Source: an uncultured virus (IMG/VR IMGVR_UViG_3300027668_000009) (Duplodnaviria; Heunggongvirae; Uroviricota; Caudoviricetes). From it: DNA of 64,000 bases. The stretch is taken from the IMG/VR virus record IMGVR_UViG_3300027668_000009. One strand, 5' to 3'. The first letter of the stretch is position 1. Every line of letters begins with the position of its first letter. A program made the translations under genes and the position numbers. The notes under the pieces were generated by a model, which was not told the DNA's origin, made no database searches, and saw nothing but the letters and a program-made list of their open reading frames with translations. This document shows positions 59,277 to 64,000 of this stretch, one piece after another.

Positions 59277-59719
59277 TATTGTCCAGCCATAAACTTTCTC
59301 CAATCGATTGTGTTCTTAATCGTTTGGTGTCTCCATGTTATATTCTGCATACATTCCTTAAGGAAGTCTACAGTCACTTTAAGGTACTCAATCTTTGCAT
59401 TGAGTTCTTGTAAATCTTTATCTGCATTAAAAAATATCTGCATGTCATTCTTCATGATTTTTAAACCATTGAATGGGTCGGGTTCCCAACCAAGTTCTCG
59501 GATTGTATCGTCATCCATTTTTCCGTTGAACCACAACCACTTATCTTTAAGTAGAGTGTTGTATTTTGTTTGGTAGTTTTTAAGGACGAGAATCTTACTT
59601 GTTAGTAAGTCTTGATATTTTGCATGGAGTTTAGGTACTTCTAACGAAGCAGTATCCAATTCGATATCATCTATTTCACAGTCATTAACCCATTGGGCTT
59701 TCAATTCATCTAAGTTCAT
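59276..59719 (-). CDS. uvsY: recombination mediator
   Basis: PKLHAKY, IKNTIDW; synteny. Confidence 0.9.
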   Translation of the reverse strand: MNLDELKAQWVNDCEIDDIELDTASLEVPKLHAKYQDLLTSKILVLKNYQTKYNTLLKDKWLWFNGKMDDDTIRELGWEPDPFNGLKIMKNDMQIFFNADKDLQELNAKIEYLKVTVDFLKECMQNITWRHQTIKNTIDWRKFMAGQ

Positions 59720-59748
59720 AATATATATTATACCACAAAAAGGGTCTT

Positions 59749-60285
59749 TTAACTAGTGGTTTCTATGTCGTAGTAAGTAAATTTAAACTCTACGGTGGCA
59801 ACCACTGCCTCTCCGTCTGCACCCGATTCAAACTCTAGACCACTCAAACTGATTGGAAAACAGTCGTGGAATCTAAAGAACTTATTAGGTATGTTTTTGT
59901 TAGTTGTTGTAATCAAAGTGATGTCCGACATCTCATTGTCTGTTGCACCGAGAGATGCCATCTGTCCAGTAGCAGTTTGTTTACTACCGACATAATCTGC
60001 ATAATCTTTAGGGTCTTTGATTGGTACAATTGCATTCATCCAATCGTAGATTTCTTTAAAGTTTTGAATATCTTCATCGACTAAAAAGTCAACTGATAAA
60101 TTTTCGAACGTAACCTTGTCGCCTGGAAAATATGCATCCAATCCGACTCCAGCACCCTGTGCAATTTCAGAAAACTGCAGGCCTGGAATATTACACTTCT
60201 TAATGTAGTATTCAGTAGTAGGTACCTTGTCAATAAGAAGTCTAAAATTATTCTTATTGAGAATGGATTTATTGATATCAACCAT
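59749..60285 (-). CDS. gp3: tail tube terminator / sheath stabiliser
   Basis: NIPG, PGDK..F, FLVDED..N, FHDCFP.SLSGLEF; synteny. Confidence 0.85.
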   Translation of the reverse strand: MVDINKSILNKNNFRLLIDKVPTTEYYIKKCNIPGLQFSEIAQGAGVGLDAYFPGDKVTFENLSVDFLVDEDIQNFKEIYDWMNAIVPIKDPKDYADYVGSKQTATGQMASLGATDNEMSDITLITTTNKNIPNKFFRFHDCFPISLSGLEFESGADGEAVVATVEFKFTYYDIETTS

Positions 60286-60496
60286 TTATTTTTGTTATCC
60301 GTTTGTTACGTACAGAGTCTTGGTAGTCTCCGTCTCTGTAATCTCGTGTCGTTGTTGATTCACAAAGATATCCATCTTGGATATAAGTTGTAATCGTTTT
60401 TCTAGAGATGACATTGGTTGTCTCTTCACCATTTGGGAATGTAACATCTACCCATGGGCCCTCTAGAACCTTCACTTGTTTTTCAAATTCTTTCAT
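60278..60496 (-). CDS. hypothetical protein
   Basis: ORF with GGAG SD. Confidence 0.65.
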   Translation of the reverse strand: MKEFEKQVKVLEGPWVDVTFPNGEETTNVISRKTITTYIQDGYLCESTTTRDYRDGDYQDSVRNKRITKING

Positions 60497-60513
60497 AATT
60501 TCTCCGTATACCT

Positions 60514-61308
60514 TTATTTAGGTGTTTCGATATGCCAGAACCTACGAAAGTGTACATAGTTTGGTGGTATAGATGCATATTTAACTGGAGTCTTTGGGTC
60601 TTTTGGTACAACTTCTTCTTGTGTCCAGTTATAAACGTCTCTTCTGTAACACTCATGTTCTATAACAACACCAAAATCAGTATTCATATCTTCGTCATCG
60701 TGTCTTGTATAAGTCTTACCTAATTGTTCTAGGTATTCTTCCACATGGTAGTCATTGAATGCAGCTTCCCAGTGTTCATATCCATTGAAGACTCTTTTTT
60801 GTTTTATAACATCCCCACATCTAAGGGTATTGTTGTCTGCATGGAACACTTGTGAGAGATGTACCTCTGTCTTACTTGGGTGTACTGCAGTCTCTAAAAA
60901 CATTTCGTCTGCATGATTGAATGCCCTTCTTAAATCATCGTAAGGACTTTCAACATGATAGAGTGTACCAAAGTGAATAATTAAATCCCACTTTCTGTCA
61001 TAACTCCACTCATCGTTATGGTTGATACATAACTTCTCTGAGTCTGTATCAATTACATCTAATAGTTCTTGTCTTGCATCTGCATAAGTAACTGTTGCAC
61101 CTAGTTTCTCAAAGTGTTTACTAACCAATCCATGTGCAGTTCCTAGTTCTAGGATAGTCTTCCCATCAAACCAGTCTTCTCCCTTACAATCGATAACCTT
61201 TTGGGCTCTCTTTTCTGTTGGAAGGAACATTGTATGGTCTTCACCCTGTGCATCTGTAAATCTGTAGAACCCTTCGAGTCCGTCTGAGTATTTAATCATC
61301 TTTATCAT
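60514..61308 (-). CDS. class I SAM-dependent methyltransferase
   Basis: ILELGTAHG, YADAR, WDLIIHFGTLYH; start likely 61308. Confidence 0.75.
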   Translation of the reverse strand: MIKMIKYSDGLEGFYRFTDAQGEDHTMFLPTEKRAQKVIDCKGEDWFDGKTILELGTAHGLVSKHFEKLGATVTYADARQELLDVIDTDSEKLCINHNDEWSYDRKWDLIIHFGTLYHVESPYDDLRRAFNHADEMFLETAVHPSKTEVHLSQVFHADNNTLRCGDVIKQKRVFNGYEHWEAAFNDYHVEEYLEQLGKTYTRHDDEDMNTDFGVVIEHECYRRDVYNWTQEEVVPKDPKTPVKYASIPPNYVHFRRFWHIETPK

Positions 61309-61334
61309 ACAGGTATTTATCGCTTTCAAATGCC

Positions 61335-61364
61335 TTGACAACGACACCAGCTTTTTGTTATACT
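61335..61364 (+). promoter_or_regulatory. early promoter (conserved family)
   Basis: GCC-TTGACA-ACGACACCAGCTTTTTGT-TATACT. Confidence 0.8.
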
Positions 61365-61373
61365 ATGTATATA

Positions 61374-61820
61374 ATGAAAAAACAAACTATAATTTTTGAC
61401 GTTGATGGAACTATTGCTGATGTAGAGCATAGGAGACATCACGTAACACAACAACCTACTGACTGGAAATCGTTTAAAGAACAAACTGTTTTTGATACTC
61501 CTGTACAATGGGTGTGTGATATTGCAAAGAGACACATTGAAGAGGGACACGATGTTGTATTCTTCAGTGCAAGAAACGAATCACAAAGAAGTCTTACTGA
61601 AGCTCAGATTGATGAGTGGATTGGTAAGGGTCATCAAGGATTGTTCCTTAGACCCGAAGGTGACTTCAGACCCGACGAGATATTCAAATCAGAACTTGCA
61701 GATAAGTTCGAAGAGTTTGGTGGTAAGATTGACCTTGTATACGATGACAGGAATAAAGTTGTTGCAATGTGGAAGGCAAGAGGTATCACTACTGTTCAAG
61801 TTGCCGAGGGTGATTTCTGA
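61374..61820 (+). CDS. HAD phosphatase (PseT/PNK 3'-phosphatase-like)
   Basis: FDVDGT, FSAR, LRP.GD.RPD...K, YDDR. Confidence 0.85.
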   Translation: MKKQTIIFDVDGTIADVEHRRHHVTQQPTDWKSFKEQTVFDTPVQWVCDIAKRHIEEGHDVVFFSARNESQRSLTEAQIDEWIGKGHQGLFLRPEGDFRPDEIFKSELADKFEEFGGKIDLVYDDRNKVVAMWKARGITTVQVAEGDF

Positions 61821-61845
61821 TACTGCAACGTGTTTCTGCAAGACC

Positions 61846-61875
61846 AAAAAAAAACCCCTCGAAAGAGGGGTTTTT
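61846..61875. terminator. bidirectional rho-independent terminator
   Basis: A9-CCCCTC-GAAA-GAGGGG-T5 between the convergent HAD and gp23 genes. Confidence 0.85.
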
Positions 61876-61906
61876 AGTATCACCGAAGTGATTAGAACCG
61901 AAGTCC

Positions 61907-63208
61907 TTACAGAATGTTTGACACTGCAAATTTTCTGTAGTACTGGTTAGTTCCCGCAGTTGCAAGTCCGTCTGCTGGTGTAGCACCAACGAAAGGATTT
62001 GAAACCATACCATATCTAGTTTTGAAACCGATTTTTGGTTGGAAAGTATTCTCACCGACAGCACGAACCATTTGTAATGGTACGTAAGGACAGTAGAAAA
62101 GACCAGCATCATAAGGGTTAGTTCCTCTATAACCTACAGTCAAGTAATCAACACCAGCATATGGGTCGACGTATACTTTAACTCTTCCGTTTAGGATACC
62201 AGCAAATGTATTGCCAGTGTCGTCAACGTTTAAGTTTGTAGATAAAGCAGGTGCGTAATCTAATACTCCTGCCATTGAAAGAGCAGATGCTACGTCTGAA
62301 GAACATAGGATAAAGTTACCTTTTCCTCTTCTTGTTTCTTTAGCTATCTTGTTTGACTCTCTTTCGATTTGGAACAATAATCCTTTAAATTTCTCAACAG
62401 ACCATCTTCCGTTTGCGTCAACGTCTAAGTTGAACGTTCCAGCAGTAGCAGTTGCAGCTGCACCTACTTTAGCTTGAACGTTAACATTTCTGATAACTTC
62501 ACGGTTGATTTCTGCAAGAATTTCTGATGAAAGAATATTTGCAAGTTCTGATTCTGCATCAAGACCGTGGATTGCTTTGAGGTCTTGTGCTAATTCGAGT
62601 GTGTACTCTGCTTTTAATGCTCTGGATTTTGCAGTTACGGTTGCTTTCTCAATGCTGAATGCCATTTGAGCGAAACCGTTTGATGCTTCAACGTCTCCAA
62701 GTGCTTCTGCACTTGCTGTTGACATACCCGCACCTGTATCAGTCGCATATGAACCATTGAATGGGTCATTATTACGTGCTGCTAAAGGGCCGTCAGCGAC
62801 AACTTGGTTGTCATTGGAATACTTAGTATCTGCTTCGTTAAATAACGCTTCAGTTTTACCTTCTCTTCCTGCTGATGGATAGTCATTGTATCTTGCTTTC
62901 ATAGCAAAGATAAGCCCTGTTGGGCCAGTCATTGGTTGAACACCACAAATGTCGTATGCAACGAGATTTGGCATGGCTCTACGTACTAATGAAATCAAGA
63001 TTGGATTCCAGTTAGATACTGCAGAACTTCCAGTAGCATTTAAAGGTGCTGCTTCGTCAAGAGTTTGACCTTCTTCGAAAAGGGCCTTCTCTTGGTTTTC
63101 AAGAATAACAGCAGTAACGGCACGCTTGTAGTTGTCTTCGATTTTTGGTAAATCGGAGTGTTCTAGAATCGGCTGCCACTTCTCTTGTAAGTTTTCTGAT
63201 AAAAACAT
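61907..63208 (-). CDS. gp23: major capsid protein
   Basis: LVRRAMPNL.AYDICGVQPM.GPTG, KSRALKAEY, YCPYVPL, QPKIGFKTRYG. Confidence 0.98.
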   Translation of the reverse strand: MFLSENLQEKWQPILEHSDLPKIEDNYKRAVTAVILENQEKALFEEGQTLDEAAPLNATGSSAVSNWNPILISLVRRAMPNLVAYDICGVQPMTGPTGLIFAMKARYNDYPSAGREGKTEALFNEADTKYSNDNQVVADGPLAARNNDPFNGSYATDTGAGMSTASAEALGDVEASNGFAQMAFSIEKATVTAKSRALKAEYTLELAQDLKAIHGLDAESELANILSSEILAEINREVIRNVNVQAKVGAAATATAGTFNLDVDANGRWSVEKFKGLLFQIERESNKIAKETRRGKGNFILCSSDVASALSMAGVLDYAPALSTNLNVDDTGNTFAGILNGRVKVYVDPYAGVDYLTVGYRGTNPYDAGLFYCPYVPLQMVRAVGENTFQPKIGFKTRYGMVSNPFVGATPADGLATAGTNQYYRKFAVSNIL

Positions 63209-63223
63209 AATTTTTCCTTTAAA

Positions 63224-64000
63224 TTAACCTAATGGTTTTAGTTTTGTTATTGCTTGAGTGTACTGTTGCATATCGGGTGCAAGTGTTGGTGCAGATTGCT
63301 CTGAGATAACACCTGTTCCTTCTTCTACAATAGTATCCTCAACTAGTTTGTCAATGTCATTTGGGAAGTAAGCTTCTGCAATTTCAGCAATCTTCTCAGC
63401 GAAGTCTGCCTCATCTTTAAAGTCTACACCATTTGACAATGATTCTAGCTTCTCTTTTTGTGATTCGGACAAACTGTCACCAGCTGCCGTTACCACGTTA
63501 CTTCTCTTGAGGGCATCTAACTCTTCTGTGATGTCAATATTTCTACTAACTTCACCATCAAGTTTCTGTTCCATCTCGTCGAGACGATTTGCGAGTTCAT
63601 CGATAACGTTGTACTTATCTTCTGGCACGTCAACATAATGTTCTGTGAACAATGTTTTCAAACCATCGATGAAGTTTTCTGTCATCTCTGCTCTCAATCC
63701 TCTTTCTATTGCAAGTTCGTTTTCTTTCGTCCACTCTTCTGCAACATATGAAAGATATTTATCAACACCTTCCGCTAGGTCGGTTTTGATTTTTTCCACT
63801 GAGGATTTTAATTCTTCTGTGTACTGAGTCTCTAGGGACTCTTTAATTTCTGCAACTTTTGAAGTCACTGCAGCTTTGAAGATAGTTCTAGCTTTGTCAG
63901 AATTCTCGTCTGATAAATCTAATGCTTCTGAGATTTTAGATAGGTCGTCTTCTACTTCAATCTCGATTAGATTTGCTTCGAGCTCTGCAGAAGTTTCTTC
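63224..64000 (-). CDS. gp22: prohead core scaffold protein (5' end outside window)
   Basis: VDKYLSYVAEEW..ENELA, F.EHYVDVPE; upstream of gp23; frame open to the window edge. Confidence 0.92.
   Translation of the reverse strand, partial: EETSAELEANLIEIEVEDDLSKISEALDLSDENSDKARTIFKAAVTSKVAEIKESLETQYTEELKSSVEKIKTDLAEGVDKYLSYVAEEWTKENELAIERGLRAEMTENFIDGLKTLFTEHYVDVPEDKYNVIDELANRLDEMEQKLDGEVSRNIDITEELDALKRSNVVTAAGDSLSESQKEKLESLSNGVDFKDEADFAEKIAEIAEAYFPNDIDKLVEDTIVEEGTGVISEQSAPTLAPDMQQYTQAITKLKPLG

Noticed and set aside
1..64000. CRISPR array, integrase, transposase or rRNA
   Set aside because: No repeat-spacer periodicity or recognisable motifs were seen.
1..64000. Stop-codon reassignment
   Set aside because: Core genes are intact in the standard code and end in TAA, TAG and TGA.

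Overview
This window is 64 kb of an AT-rich T4-like (myovirus-type) phage genome, most likely infecting an aquatic or marine heterotrophic proteobacterium (inference). Almost every gene is on the minus strand. Reading in the direction of transcription (right to left), it contains: gp22 (partial), gp23, gp3, uvsY, uvsW, gp55, gp47/46, a cobT/cobS-like pair, gp45/44/62/regA, a curli-type secretion cluster, hsp20, peroxiredoxin, a DNA-modification cluster, lysozyme, gp43, iscU, uvsX, gp41, a block of putative head-packaged proteins, tRNA-Thr(UGU), primase, nrdA/nrdB, a QueC-like gene and glutaredoxin. The curli cluster holds csgF, csgG, two curlin-like genes, a FecR-domain gene and a CHASE2 adenylate cyclase. 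The modification cluster holds a C5-cytosine methyltransferase, a TET/JBP-like dioxygenase, a ParB-like protein and a P-loop kinase. Four observations stand out. (1) The MTase-TET-kinase cluster suggests a post-replicative cytosine hypermodification pathway. (2) A matching window-wide motif bias is visible by eye: GATC and GGWCC appear absent, and CCWGR/CCGG/GGNCC survive only next to a GpC. (3) The curli cluster includes its own subunits and a cAMP module. (4) Several regulatory RNA/DNA elements are present, including a sigma32 promoter with a ROSE-like thermometer at hsp20 and a structured leader at gp44. All calls come from motif recognition by eye; no searches or counts were run.
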